Shown here: positions 28,517 to 64,000 of the stretch, piece by piece
Numbering within the stretch: position 1 is the stretch's first letter
Layout: each line of letters opens with the position of its first letter
Source: Amoebidium appalachense
Lineage: Eukaryota > Protista > Ichthyosporea
Direction of reading: 5' to 3'
NCBI GenBank assembly: GCA_963693365.1
Contig: CAVNZM010000014.1
Location: 1,984,001-2,048,000, forward strand
Length of the DNA stretch: 64,000 nucleotides
Position numbers and translations under genes: made by a program
Notes under the pieces: model-generated
Seen by the model: the letters and a program-made list of their open reading frames with translations, nothing else
What the model was told of the DNA's origin: nothing
Databases searched by the model: none

Positions 28517-28954
28517 ACCTCCTACACGCTCCTAGGGCTATCTCCCGCACCTTACCGCTACCTTTTAGACATGCCACACTGTTGATCTCTCGTTCATATG
28601 CCTACGCATGTTCTGATTTGTTTTGGGGGCAACAGGGGGCAAAAGGAAAGCCCATGGGGATATCGGGGATTGGAGTCAGCAAACAGAAGAAGCAGGTATG
28701 GTTGTCGTGAGCATAACACAGGTCACTGGTGTGTTGATAGTTTTTTGTTCGTTTCTTCGGGTGCGTGTGTGTACAAGTGTAAGTGACATGCACACATAAT
28801 GCGCGTGGACGCACACAGACACATACCCACACTGACACATCTACACGCAAGCACAAAAACACATACACATGCACAAACACATGAACAAACACACACACAC
28901 AGACCGGCACATACACGCGCACGCACACACATACACACGCACATATACATTCAA

Positions 28955-28994
<40 letters not shown>

Positions 28995-29353
28995 ACACGA
29001 AAATGCAAGAGTTCCCTGCAGCTTTCATTTGCTTTTGTTGGACCTGTTCAGACACTGCTTCTTGGGTATCCTAGTTTACGGAGACCTCTCAGAAATAATC
29101 GAGAATGAATTATATGTTATGTTGTCTTTGTAACTTTCTATGCTGTGTTTATTTTTGCATTCCCCCTCCCCCCCAAAAAAATAGAAAGAATAGGAAAGGA
29201 AAGAAAAACACTACCCTCCCCCCCCCCCCCCCCCCCCCCCCACCTTGCTTCCTTTCTCCCAGTTTGTTCTATCAGTCCCCATATTACCCATTTCCGATAA
29301 CACCAGATTCCCCCCTCCCCGCTTCCCCTCCTGCTCCCACACACGACACACAC

Positions 29354-29426
<73 letters not shown>

Positions 29427-29486
29427 CGCCTTTGTACATCCTACATCCTCTCCTTATTCTGAGCACCTGCTGAGAGCACATCCCCC

Positions 29487-29517
<31 letters not shown>

Positions 29518-30209
29518 AAAAAAAAAAAAAGGAAGGGAAAAAAGGAAAAAGGATACGCAAATTCAATCCTTAACCCACTCACATCCTGCACACAGGTGGA
29601 ATTGCAGCTGCAAAAAGCCATGGCAGAGGACCCATCTGTCTTCGAATACGACGAGGTTAGTTCACTCCTCTTCCCTACCTATTCCCGTCTTGGGTCTTTT
29701 GTCAATCAGTTCATCTATCAATTTTTTTGTTGTCAGGTCCACCCCCCCCCCTCCCTCCCTCCCCCTGGATTTGGCCCACACACAACTAACCCCCCGCTTG
29801 TCCCTCCTCTGCCCATTACGATCCTTCTCTCTGTCTCCCTCTCTCTCTTCCCACCCACGCCACCCCACCCACCCCCTTCCCCGCCACTACTTCAACCCCA
29901 ACCATCCCGACCTTCCTGTTCTTCCTCCTTTCGAGCTTTTACCCTCTTGCCCCCCCCCCCCCCCCCCCCCCCCCTTCCCCCCCTTCCCCCCCTCCCTGGC
30001 ATGCCTGTGCAAGCATTTTTCACCCCTTTACTTCGATATTTTGCTTTGAAGCCCATATCCAAATTTCTACTTTCTTTCTCCACATCTGACTTAATCTTCG
30101 TTTTTCACTGTGCAGGTGTATGACAATATGGCAGAGGCCAAGAATCAGGTCGAGGACGCTAAGAGGGAAGCAAACCGTGTGGCAAAAGCACAGGTGGGTG
30201 AATATTATC

Positions 30210-30241
<32 letters not shown>

Positions 30242-30625
30242 CCCGCCCTCCCAACACACACACACACACATGCACATGCACACACACACACACACACACA
30301 TCGCCACCACCACAACCACCACCCTCCCCCGGCCAGCCCCCCCCCCCCCCCCCCCCTCCTTCTCCAACCCCAACCCCCCTTCCCACCCCCCCCCCCCCCC
30401 CCCCCCCTCCCGGCCCTCCCGGCCCACCCCCCCCCCCCCCTCCCCCTGAGGATGGCTCTGTTCATCGTGCATACTCTTTGTGTGGTGGGCACTCTGCATC
30501 ATGTTTTGCTTGTTATGAACGTGTGCTTCGTACTCCATATAGCATCCCTCCCCCCCCTCCCCCCCCCCCCCCCCCCCCCCGCCTTCCCTCCCCGGACACA
30601 CACACACACATGCGCACACACCCAC

Positions 30626-30657
<32 letters not shown>

Positions 30658-32671
30658 CACCCCTCTTCCCCCCTCCCCCCCGCCTTTTTTTCTTCCCCGC
30701 TTTCCATTGCTCTCTCTCCCTGAACTGACGCCTTCATTCCCCACCCACCTGCAGCCGAAATACATCAACGCGCTTTTAAAAGCAACGGAGACACGGAAGG
30801 TGGAACACGAAAGAAGGATAGAGAAGATGATCAAGAAAGAGAGAGAGGCCGAGGGAGACCAGTTTGCTGACAAGGAGGCCTTCGTCACCTCTGCGTATCC
30901 GCTCATTCATGCGTGTTTGAACATTGTTTTTCTTTCTTTCTTCTTTCTTTTTTTTTTTCTTTTTTTTTTTCTTTTGTTTTGCTTTGATTTGATTTGGTTT
31001 GGTTTTGTTGTTGGTGGTTGGGGTGGGGGTGTTGGTGGTGTTCTTGTTGTTGTCTCTTACCTTATTTTCTGTTCGTTTTTCTTTCTCTCTCTCTCTCCCT
31101 CTCTCCTTCCCTCTCTCCCTCCCTCCCTCCCTCCCTCCATCCCTCCCTCCCTCCCTCCCCTCTCTCTCTCTCTCTCTTTATCTCTCTCTCTCTCTCTCTC
31201 TCCCCCCCCCCCCCCCTTTTTTTTTGTGGGGGGGTAAATGTTGCATGCTTGTTGAACTGAGTTCCCTGTTTTATTCACCGCCACCTTAACACACACGCAC
31301 ACTCTCACACTTACATACTTGCTCACACACTCTCCCCCTTACCTACACACACACATGCTTTCGTAGTGCAGTGTGGTGTGTTGTCGTCGGGAGTTTCTAC
31401 CCGTTATTTTTCATTTCCTTGGATGTGAAATATGTAGGGGAGGAAGGTTGTTATGTTCTGTGCATGATGTGGTTGTTTCTCCTTGACTCTGGGCACAGCT
31501 ACAAGCAGAAAATGTTGGAGATGCAGAAGATCGAGGAGGAGGAGAGGAGGCAGGCCGCACGGGAAGGTGTGTGGGTGTGTGTGTTTGGGGGGGGGGGGAA
31601 GGGGGGTTGGAGGGGTGGGTGGGGGGAGGGGGGAGGGGGGGATGTGTGGGGTTGGTTGGGGGTCTACGTGCGTACGTGTGCGTGCACGCGTGCGTGTGTG
31701 CCATGCGCCAGGCGTGTTTTATTTTTTTGTTGATCTGGGGGGGGAAAGGGGCTGGGGTGTGGTGGTGGTGGGGGGGGGGGGGGGGGAGGGGGGGGGGGGG
31801 GGGGGGGGAGGGGGGATGCAGGGACGGGGTCTGGGCTGAGGGAATACGTCCAAAGCTTTTTTTGTACGTGTTGGCAGTTGGGTGAGTAGGGGGAGGAAAG
31901 GGGGGGGGGGGGGGGGGGATGGGGGGAGAGGGGGGGGGGGGGAGGGGGGCTGAGATTGTGGCAAATACTGAACCTCCCCCTCCCCCTCCCCCTCCCCCCC
32001 CCCCCCCCCCCCCTCCCCCTTCTTTCTCCCAGCTGCCGAAGACGTGACCAAGCAGTCCGACATGATGGGATTCTACCGCAATCTGCTGACAAAGAACGTG
32101 GCAATGGGAGGGACCGAGGAGGATGAAAAGAAAAGGAAAACACAACAACTGGAAAAACACAATGCAGATTTGGCAGAGAAAGAGAGAAAACAGGCACCAC
32201 CACCACACGAGGATAGGGAGAAAGAGAGGGAAACAGGGAGGCAAAACGATGGTAAAATTGATAAGGGTAGAGTTCCAAGTGGGGATGAGGAAAAGGGAGG
32301 TAGTAGGGAAAGGAGAGAGAAATCACATGAAAGCGGAAGCGATCGTGAAAGAACAAAAGAGAAATCGCGTTCAGAGGGAAGGAGCGAGGATGAAGGGAGA
32401 GGGAAGAGAGAAGGGGAGAGAAAGTCGGAGGGGAGAAGCGAGGGAGAGGGGAAGGGGAAGAGAGAGGTGTCACAAAAGGGAGAGAGAAGAGAGGAGGGGA
32501 AGAGCGACGGAGAGGGGGAGGGGGAAAAGAGAGGCGGAGAAAGAGGAGGAGGATAAAAGGAAGTATGCTCGAAGGAACGATGAAGATGCCGTGGCTGCTG
32601 CAAGGGCAAAAGCGTTGGCGAGAAGGGCGGCAAGAAAGACTCCGGGTGCTTTGGTGCAGGGGGACGATTAA
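26613..32671 (+). CDS. NSRP1: Nuclear speckle splicing regulatory protein 1 / CCDC55 (DUF2040) homologue, 7 exons, about 392 aa after correcting one extra G
   Basis: Exons 26613-26747, 28636-28695, 29596-29655, 30116-30193, 30755-30894, 31499-31566, 32033-32671. Motifs KKYGL, VFGDDDSDD, EDPSVFEYDEVYDNM, PKYINALL, KEREAEGDQFADKEAFVTSAYKQKM, DVTKQSDMMGFYRNLL and C-terminal KRKYARRNDEDAVAAAR. Apparent +1 frameshift in the G run at 32520-32524. Confidence 0.9.
27718..27871 (+). repeat. Dispersed intronic cassette, type A (copy in NSRP1 intron 1)
   Basis: GGGGAATAGGTCGAAACTCGGGTACTGTGGATGAC...CCCTGAGGATGGGCTCTGCTTATTATGCATACTC...GTGTACTTCGTA...GCATTCAAAC followed by poly-C. About 4 differences from the copy at 54836-54990. 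Confidence 0.9.
30445..30547 (+). repeat. Dispersed intronic cassette, type A (NSRP1 intron 4)
   Basis: CCCTGAGGATGGCTCTGTTCATCGTGCATACTCTTT...GTGTGCTTCGTAC...GCATCC between poly-C tracts. Confidence 0.7.
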
Positions 32672-32843
32672 ATATTTAGTGGAGAGTAATTTAAAAGTTG
32701 AACGTTGATTGGTTGATTAATTTTTCTTTTGGGGGGCGGAAAGAAAGAAATAGCACATCATAATGGACCAGGTTGCTAAGTATGGTTCTTGGTGCATTTT
32801 TTTCAGGGATGTCTTTGCGGTTTGACCCTTGTATGCTGTTGGT

Positions 32844-32883
<40 letters not shown>

Positions 32884-32921
32884 GTATCGTGATGTACATA
32901 TGAACATAAATATGCACATAT

Positions 32922-33012
<91 letters not shown>

Positions 33013-33072
33013 TGTGTGTGCGTGTGTGCTGTCTACTAAAGTATTCCGGTTTTAAGTGTATATGCATGAAAA

Positions 33073-33108
<36 letters not shown>

Positions 33109-33224
33109 TCAAGGTGACCGTGCAACGAGTAGTAATACCGTCGGTATAATACTGTTTTTATCAAATGCTACAGTCGAATGTCATTAAAAAACTCTGTCTC
33201 CAGAGTCTCAATGTCATTTATCTA

Positions 33225-33267
<43 letters not shown>

Positions 33268-33352
33268 ACACACACCACCACCACCACCACACACACACAC
33301 ACACACAAACACAATTTTTTTAACACAAACCGGGGGGAGAGAGTTGCATAAG

Positions 33353-33399
<47 letters not shown>

Positions 33400-34492
33400 C
33401 CCCTGTCTCACGGGAAAGGTGGGCTTGGGGGAAAAGGGAGTGGGGTGATACGTTTCCCCGGGCCACGACCATCATCACCGGGCCACTCTCCCCGGCAACT
33501 TCACAGTGAAAGTCACACACACACACACACACACACGCATGGCCGTACTCTCACGTGTACGTTCATACGCACGCACACGCACACAGACGTGCGCACATGT
33601 ACAAATGCGTCAAGCTGCCGGACTCCCCGGGGTCGGTGCCTCCCACCCGGAGCATGGGTGGCTAACTAGTCACATCGCGGGGCAAACCAAGTTGAATGAA
33701 ACTTTCTCTATGTAACAGCTTCGCCCGGAATTTATAGCCATATGCGGTTATTTAAATATTTTGCTCGCCGTAGCCAATCAGAACTTGCTGACGAATGTAA
33801 ACAAACAAACGTCCTCCAACCCGCATCACACCGCACACGCATCAGCGAAGCGTGCGCCCGGTGCATGCTAAAGCTCATATGCACGCCGCTCAGCTGAGGC
33901 AACCACGATATCAGTTGGTAGTGGTGTTTCGTGTCAGGAATTCACACACGCTTATATGAGCTGATGTTTTGCTCATGGAAAGACACGGGCACAAACAAAA
34001 GCGAAAGAGGAATTCATTGTTGTTGAAGTGATACAAAACACAGCCTCTAGCTAGCCCGGAGGGTTTGTTACAGAATTCAAGCTGAGTTCAGTGAACTGCA
34101 CCTGTTTAGAGGTGAGTGCATGAAAGTTGTTGGATTTTTGGGCGAACTAGGACTGAAAAGTAATATCTTTGTGATTTTGAGTCTTTGTACACCGAAAAGT
34201 GTAGCCCAATGTCTCTATGTGCACATGTTACAACGAAGTAACCTAGGCTAAGCTCAGCTTGTGCTTTAAATTTCAACCAAGAGTTTAATTGTGTCTCTGT
34301 TTCACTACTGGCTTTTGCTCGTTCTATTCTATCGCATTTTACAGAACGAAGATTCGTTGCCGAGCAGGTAGGTGTGTGGGGGCATTGAGTTTACGAAATC
34401 TCTTTAAGGATAAAGGGGGAAGGCAAGTGTGGGGAAGAGATTTGAGCTTTCTCTCAGAGTCTGTTTGGTGGTGGTGGTGGTGGTGTTTTTTT

Positions 34493-34539
<47 letters not shown>

Positions 34540-35023
34540 CGAATTCTCACATTTTTTTTTACTCGTGGCTACTGTTTGTTTCCTTTTCCTTCCATTTTCT
34601 TATTGTCTTTTTCCTCGGGTCGGGAGAGTCAGGGGATGAGATTCTTTATCTACGTATTCGGTACTGTTAGGATTTTTTGGTGCCTGTTTTTCATCGTTTG
34701 CAGTTTTTTTGTCTTCGTTGTACTGAGGGCTCATTGAGAAAATGGAAAAATAACTCCCTCTCCCCCCTCCCCCCCCTCCCCCCCCCCTTTCCCTGCATTC
34801 CCCATCAATCTTTTCGGTCTAGAAATGTGCACAAATAGCTTTCGGGAAACAGCAGGGGCCGATACATCTAACAAACCCCCCCCCCCCCCCCCCCCCTTCC
34901 TCCCCCTTCCCCCCTCTCCCCCCCCCCCCCCCCCCCCACCCCCCACCCCCCCCACCCCCCACCCCCATCCGCCCCACCCACCCACCCACCCCCCACCCTC
35001 TTTATCCCCTTCAGCCACACACA

Positions 35024-35054
<31 letters not shown>

Positions 35055-35070
35055 GCGCAAAAGCAGCATC

Positions 35071-35416
35071 ATGTCCGACATTGGCAAGCCGGAGGAGAAC
35101 CGCTACCTGCCCGGGCAGGGCTACAGCCGCATGGAGGGGGGCACAGGCACGACCACAGCAGACATGAAGGAACGCGTGGCTGACCAGATGGAGTCTGGAA
35201 ATGTGGACGGGGTTTGAACCCCCCCCCCCCCCCCCTCCTCCTACCCACCCCCTCTTCCCCCCCCCCCCCCCCCTTCCTCCCGCCCCCGCCGCCCCCCCTC
35301 CCTTCCCCGGGGAAGGCGGCTTTGTTTTCTCTAGATCTTGTTTCCTCCCCCCCCCCCCCCCCCCCCCTTCCCTCCCCTCCCCCCCCCCCCCCCCCACACA
35401 CACACACCCCCCCCCC

Positions 35417-35465
<49 letters not shown>

Positions 35466-35624
35466 GCACACACGCCACTGCCACCACCACCCCTTTCACA
35501 GACCACCTGATTTTTTGCCCACCCACACCGGGGGTCCCTCAGGCCTCACTTGGGACCATTCCCACAACCAACCCCTTATACCTATTCATTCCGAAGGCTT
35601 TCCGTTTTGTTTTTTTGTTTTTTT

Positions 35625-35674
<50 letters not shown>

Positions 35675-35739
35675 ACAAAAAAAACAAAACAAAACAAAAA
35701 ACACAAATCTCTTGCCTTTTCTCGCTGTCTTCTCCTTAT

Positions 35740-35772
<33 letters not shown>

Positions 35773-36030
35773 TTCCCCCCCCTCCCCTACAACCAACCAA
35801 CCAACCAACCAACCCAAAAAATAAACTAGAAAAAAGAAAAAAGAAAAAAGAAAAAAAAAAAGGAAAAAAAGAAAGTGAAAACGTTCCACACACAAAGGCA
35901 GTGGTGGGGAGCACATTTTTGTTTCCGACAGTACTACCCTCCCCCCTCCTCCCTCCTTCTCCCGCCACCCCCTTTCTCCCCCCCCCCCCCCCCAACACAC
36001 ACACACCCACCCCCTCCCCCCCCCATCCCC

Positions 36031-36086
<56 letters not shown>

Positions 36087-37060
36087 ACACACGCACATCA
36101 GCGCAACCCCGGGCTGTACGAGTACACCAAGAACAGTCTTCATGCGTGGGCAGAGGGTCACGGTCTTGCCGACCCCAAAAAGGGTCAAGAGATGAGGGAC
36201 CGTGACATCCCCCCCCCACGCCATTGACCCCCGCCACGTTTTTGGGCCCCTTCAGCCTGGCAGCTCCCGCTCAGTCAACGAGCTCAAGGGGGATCCTACT
36301 GGTGAGACTTTGGGGGGTTCTACGGGTACGGGTGGGTATGGGGGGAAGGTGGACGGGACCACGGCGTATCCGTCAGAGTATGGACCGGAGGGGATGGGGG
36401 GAAGGCGCTATGTGGGCACACAGGGAGTGGAGGGCAGCATGGGTCCCAAAGCATCTGCACAGGTACACCGTAATACCCTTATCCCCCTGCCTCCCCCTCC
36501 CCCCGGGGCCCTCTCCCCTCCCCCCCCCCTTAAAAAAAAAAAAAAAAAAGGAAAGGAAAAAAAAAAATAAAGAAAAAGGAAAAAAGGGAAAAAAAACTTG
36601 GAAAAAAACAAAACAAAAGCTTTCGCCTGCTTTTCTCTTCCCTCCCCCCCCCCCCCCCCCCCCCCTCCCCCTCCCCCCCCCCCCCCCCCCCCCCCCTCCA
36701 CACACATTTTCTCTGCCAAAGATCCTGTCACACTTCGCCATCAGAGTGTCTCATATCAGATAGATTGATAAGTCATTTGATTTGAATCTTTTTTTGTAAA
36801 TTCTTATTCAGTACCGCTTCTAGTGGTGGGTCCCAGCCCCATGGGACCTATATACCTACGTTCTAGACTGAGCCCGTCAGACATACATGGCAGAACGAAC
36901 GGACTATACTATTTACACAGGATAAGGTGGGGTTGGATTCTAGCTGGCTGAGGTGTAGCTTGGGGGGAGTTAGAATATCGATAAATTAAATTCCCTTTAA
37001 CCTTTTTTTTTCTGTGTTGGGAACTGGTGTGTGTGTGTGTGTGTGGGTGTACACGTGTGT

Positions 37061-37091
<31 letters not shown>

Positions 37092-37330
37092 GGGGGGGGC
37101 ATAGGGAAGGTGGGAAGGGGAAGCGGGGGAGTGTATCTAATTCATGGAATTTGCAGCTGCACGAGTGGGGCGAAAAGGCACGTGAGATGATGCACGAGGT
37201 GGGGGCTACCTTTGGTCTTACTACCGGCAAGCCTGCAGACGCAGCTGGTGGCATGGAGGGGGGAGAGAAGGGCAAAGGAAACGCCGATCCGTCTGATGAA
37301 CTGATTGAACAGACTGGCCTCTTTTTGTGA
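35071..37330 (+). CDS. Hypothetical Gly-rich hydrophilic protein (hydrophilin/LEA-like), 3 coding exons, about 224 aa
   Basis: Exons 35071-35211, 36102-36462, 37157-37330 with GT-AG boundaries, all phase 0 once one extra C is removed from the C9 run at 36209-36217. About 19% Gly by hand count, no Cys. Likely non-coding 5' exons end at 34111 and span 34345-34367. No family recognised. Confidence 0.7.
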
Positions 37331-38547
37331 AGTTTTTTTGCATGGTCGGAGGTTTTAGGCTCAACTACATACTGCTTATATGATACACGTTTTAGATGTA
37401 TACAACAATTCGATTTGAGGTTTGAATTTGAACTTACACTCGAGTGTGCAAAGTTGGCACATACTGTATATAGAGTTCGCTTGTGGGGCCGGTACCCAAC
37501 CCAATGACGATGGTGAAAGGTCCATTCACCAATAAAACGGTACAAATTTACTCCACGGCTTGCCTTGGAAGTTGTGTGGGCTTATTGTTGCAACTTAAGG
37601 TACCTCATAATGAAGCTCAGGTCTCTAGCTTCAATACTGTGCGCATTCTGCAATAGTGAATTTCCTCCGCATCGAGATCACCATTAAATGTGTATTTTTT
37701 CCTACTGGGCACTCGTTCTGCAGCCTGAGCTGCATGGCTGTGTAGGCCCCCTAATTATAACGTAGACCGCAATCTATGTACTCAATAGGTGTGTGTTAGT
37801 TGAGTGTATGTTTTAGCTCGAGTAGGGCTAATTAGCGTGAACGTGTAACAAATCTGAGTGGTTAGCTTTGTTTTCCCCAAGAATATGCTACTACTATATA
37901 GCGGGCGCATCGTGACTTGTGCGAGAGGCGGGTTGGTGGGGTTTTGACCATCTGACGCAGTGTCTTTGGTAGCGTACAAAGAAAAATAATAAAAAAATAC
38001 ATACGAGCTTTTGGTCTCGCAGAGTGACGATAAACCAGTGGGGTAGGTCGTGCTGTTCCATTTAAAAGTTACGTAATCATGCGAATGCGAGCCGGTGATT
38101 GGTCAGAATGGTATCACCAAATATGGCAGGTAATTGTCCAATAAGGTCTATCAGCCTTCGATCTGATCAAAAGCACCAAGCAACGGGCAAACCTCGGGAA
38201 TCTTGAAGCAGATGCAAAACACTTTGACGCAACGAAAGGAAAACTTACACTTTAGTCACCTATGAACCTATGTTATTAGTTACTGAAGTAAACCATTCTC
38301 ACGATAGAGAAAGAAATGCACTTGTATACACTTGTTTCCAAATAGGGACCGGTTGTGATTTTAGGTGGCGGTTACTGTAGGTGGGAGACTCGACAAGACA
38401 TCGTTACCACTTTTTAGTAGAGTGTTTTAGGCCATGCAGAACACAAAGGTGGTCAGATCCAACATTCAGAAACTAGAGAACTTTCGGGACATGGCTGTTT
38501 GACCACCACATAACACCATAACTATTAAAATAACCACACAACCGATA

Positions 38548-62001
<23,454 letters not shown>

Positions 62002-62157
62002 TCAATTGTCATTACATTATCTTCTTCCACCCCCCCCCCCCCCCCCTCCCCCCTCCCCCCACCCCCCCTCACACACACGCGCGCGCGGGCGCACCCACCC
62101 ACCCACCCTTTTTTTCCCCCTTGCATCTGTCTTCCCCCCGCCCCCCCTCCCCCCCCC

Positions 62158-62188
<31 letters not shown>

Positions 62189-62334
62189 GAAATGACTGTC
62201 TTTTTGGTGTGTGTATTATGGTTTAGCACTTGGCACTCTCTTATGATGTGTAGCAATTTTCTATTTTGACTTCGGTTATGCCTGCGACAATGATGGTAGT
62301 TTCGTATTGTATGCTCTGTACGTACACGTAGGAT

Positions 62335-62365
<31 letters not shown>

Positions 62366-62899
62366 ACACACGTGCACTCACATGCACATACACGCGTGGG
62401 TACACATATACACACACACACGACTCATACACACACGTACACACACACCACACGTACACAACACATATACGCACACCCACACACACGCACGTGCGCGTGC
62501 GCGCACCAAACACCCAAACCGACAATTTATAAGAAGTGGAATTTGATCCATGTGCTTGCATGCACGAACGTACACACACACACACCGATATGGGTACACG
62601 TGATCAACACACACGTGGTGCTAGTAGCTAATCTATAAACAAATCATCATAGCTTTGTATCACGATTCTGCGTGTTTTTTTTTTTTTTTTGGTTTGTTTT
62701 GTTTCACTCCAGTGTGTAGATCAGTTCTTGTTTGTGAGGCGAAGTAAGAGAAATCCGTTGTATCGCGAGAATGTATGAATGACAGTTTTAACAGTATTTG
62801 GACGGAAAGTAGCTTTAAAATTAAGGCTTAAAAACGTATCTGGATACTGGTTCTCATTCCTAACTGATAGCAAATTCGGTATAGTGTCCCTCTGCGGAC

Positions 62900-63041
62900 A
62901 TGCGGAATAAAAATGTGCATCTTCAAAGATTTTATTGGGATACTCGATCTCGAGCTCCGAATATTGTACATGGGTGCACATTAGGTAGAATGATATTTGA
63001 CGATGTGTGCATGATCGGCACGGAATTTTGCATTCTGTGCT

Positions 63042-63123
<82 letters not shown>

Positions 63124-63221
63124 CGCGCGCGCGTGCGTTAGACCAGCAATCAAAATCTGGGGCTGAGGTGACCCCACAAGCCACTGCAGCCCAGGACAGA
63201 GAAAAAGAGCTTGAAGCGTAG
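62900..63221 (+). CDS. Possible two-exon small protein (about 54 aa), or a spliced non-coding/3' transcript downstream of PIG-N
   Basis: ATG 62900-62984|GTAGAA ... (GT)n ... TTAG|63142-63221 joins in phase 1 to give MRNKNVHLQRFYWDTRSRAPNIVHGCTLDQQSKSGAEVTPQATAAQDREKELEA*. A plausible upstream intron spans 62744-62870 (GTAAGA...CTAAC...TAG). No recognisable domain. Confidence 0.25.
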
Positions 63222-63372
63222 GTTCCCATATTTCTTTGCAGTAAAACTCTTTCACTTCTCGCCCTTTTCCTCTTTTGCCCCCCAAGTACCCTACGCTTGG
63301 TTTCCCCCCCCCCCCTCCCCCTCTCCACCTTTTCCTCTCTCCTCAGTTCCACATGTCACTTTCCCCCCTTCA

Positions 63373-63403
<31 letters not shown>

Positions 63404-64000
63404 TTCCCCCCTTCTCACCACAGATTTACTACACATGCATACACAACACGCCGTCCGGGATATGGATGTATGTACCGTGAAAAACACGGAGTTGATATAC
63501 AACAGCACGTGTGTGTGTGTGTGTGTCTGTGTGTGTGCTTGTGTCTGTGTGTGTGTGCGCGCGCGTGTGCGTGTGCGTGCGTGTGTGTGTGTGTGTGTGT
63601 GTGTGTTTGTGTGTTTGTTTGTGTCTGTAGGAGTCTTTGTCTGTATCTGTGTGTCAAATGCATGCGCGCTAGTGCGTATCTGCCTGTCTGAGTGTGAGCG
63701 CGCACTCCTTAGCGTACGCCGCATGTGGTTGTGAATTGCACATTGTTTGTATGCGAGTACATGTGTGAATGTGTGTACTTGTTTGTAGTAGTACGATGCT
63801 GCACTTGCAAGCCAGCTCTCACAATCTTATGGAATTCATCGGAACATTTTATTGTGGGAGTTTTCAATGCTGTGCAGACTCTTTGCTGGTGTCCGCAAAA
63901 GTGTTAGCTAACCAACAAACTAGTTGAATCCATGCTGTGGCCTCTAGTCACGTATCCGATATTCGCGTCACTCTATGTACGTATCGGAATATTATTCCGT

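Overview
Eukaryotic genomic DNA, not prokaryotic. It is intron-rich, and its introns are filled with poly-G/poly-C tracts and (CA)n/(GT)n/(GA)n microsatellites, so almost all ORFs in the supplied track are microsatellite artefacts. I reconstructed five genes by hand from GT-AG boundaries with phase checks: an intronless Zn-dependent alcohol dehydrogenase (-) in a repeat-free island; a 16-exon class II CPD photolyase (-) with a putative mitochondrial-targeting leader exon; a divergently transcribed 7-exon NSRP1/CCDC55 homologue (+); a 3-coding-exon Gly-rich hydrophilin/LEA-like orphan (+); and a 27-exon PIG-N/MCD4 GPI ethanolamine-phosphate transferase (+). The introns carry several TTAA-flanked, mostly palindromic MITEs (Kolobok-like) and a dispersed 100-180 bp cassette family that sits in poly-C tracts; every copy found in a modelled gene is in the host's sense orientation. 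The most unusual features are a five-fold tandem duplication of a PIG-N 3' splice site plus exon start in which only the last copy is productive, the sense-oriented cassette family, and 3' splice sites that have (CA)n in place of a polypyrimidine tract. The organism cannot be assigned from the sequence alone; a unicellular opisthokont is a guess. Two single-base frameshifts in homopolymers are probably assembly errors.
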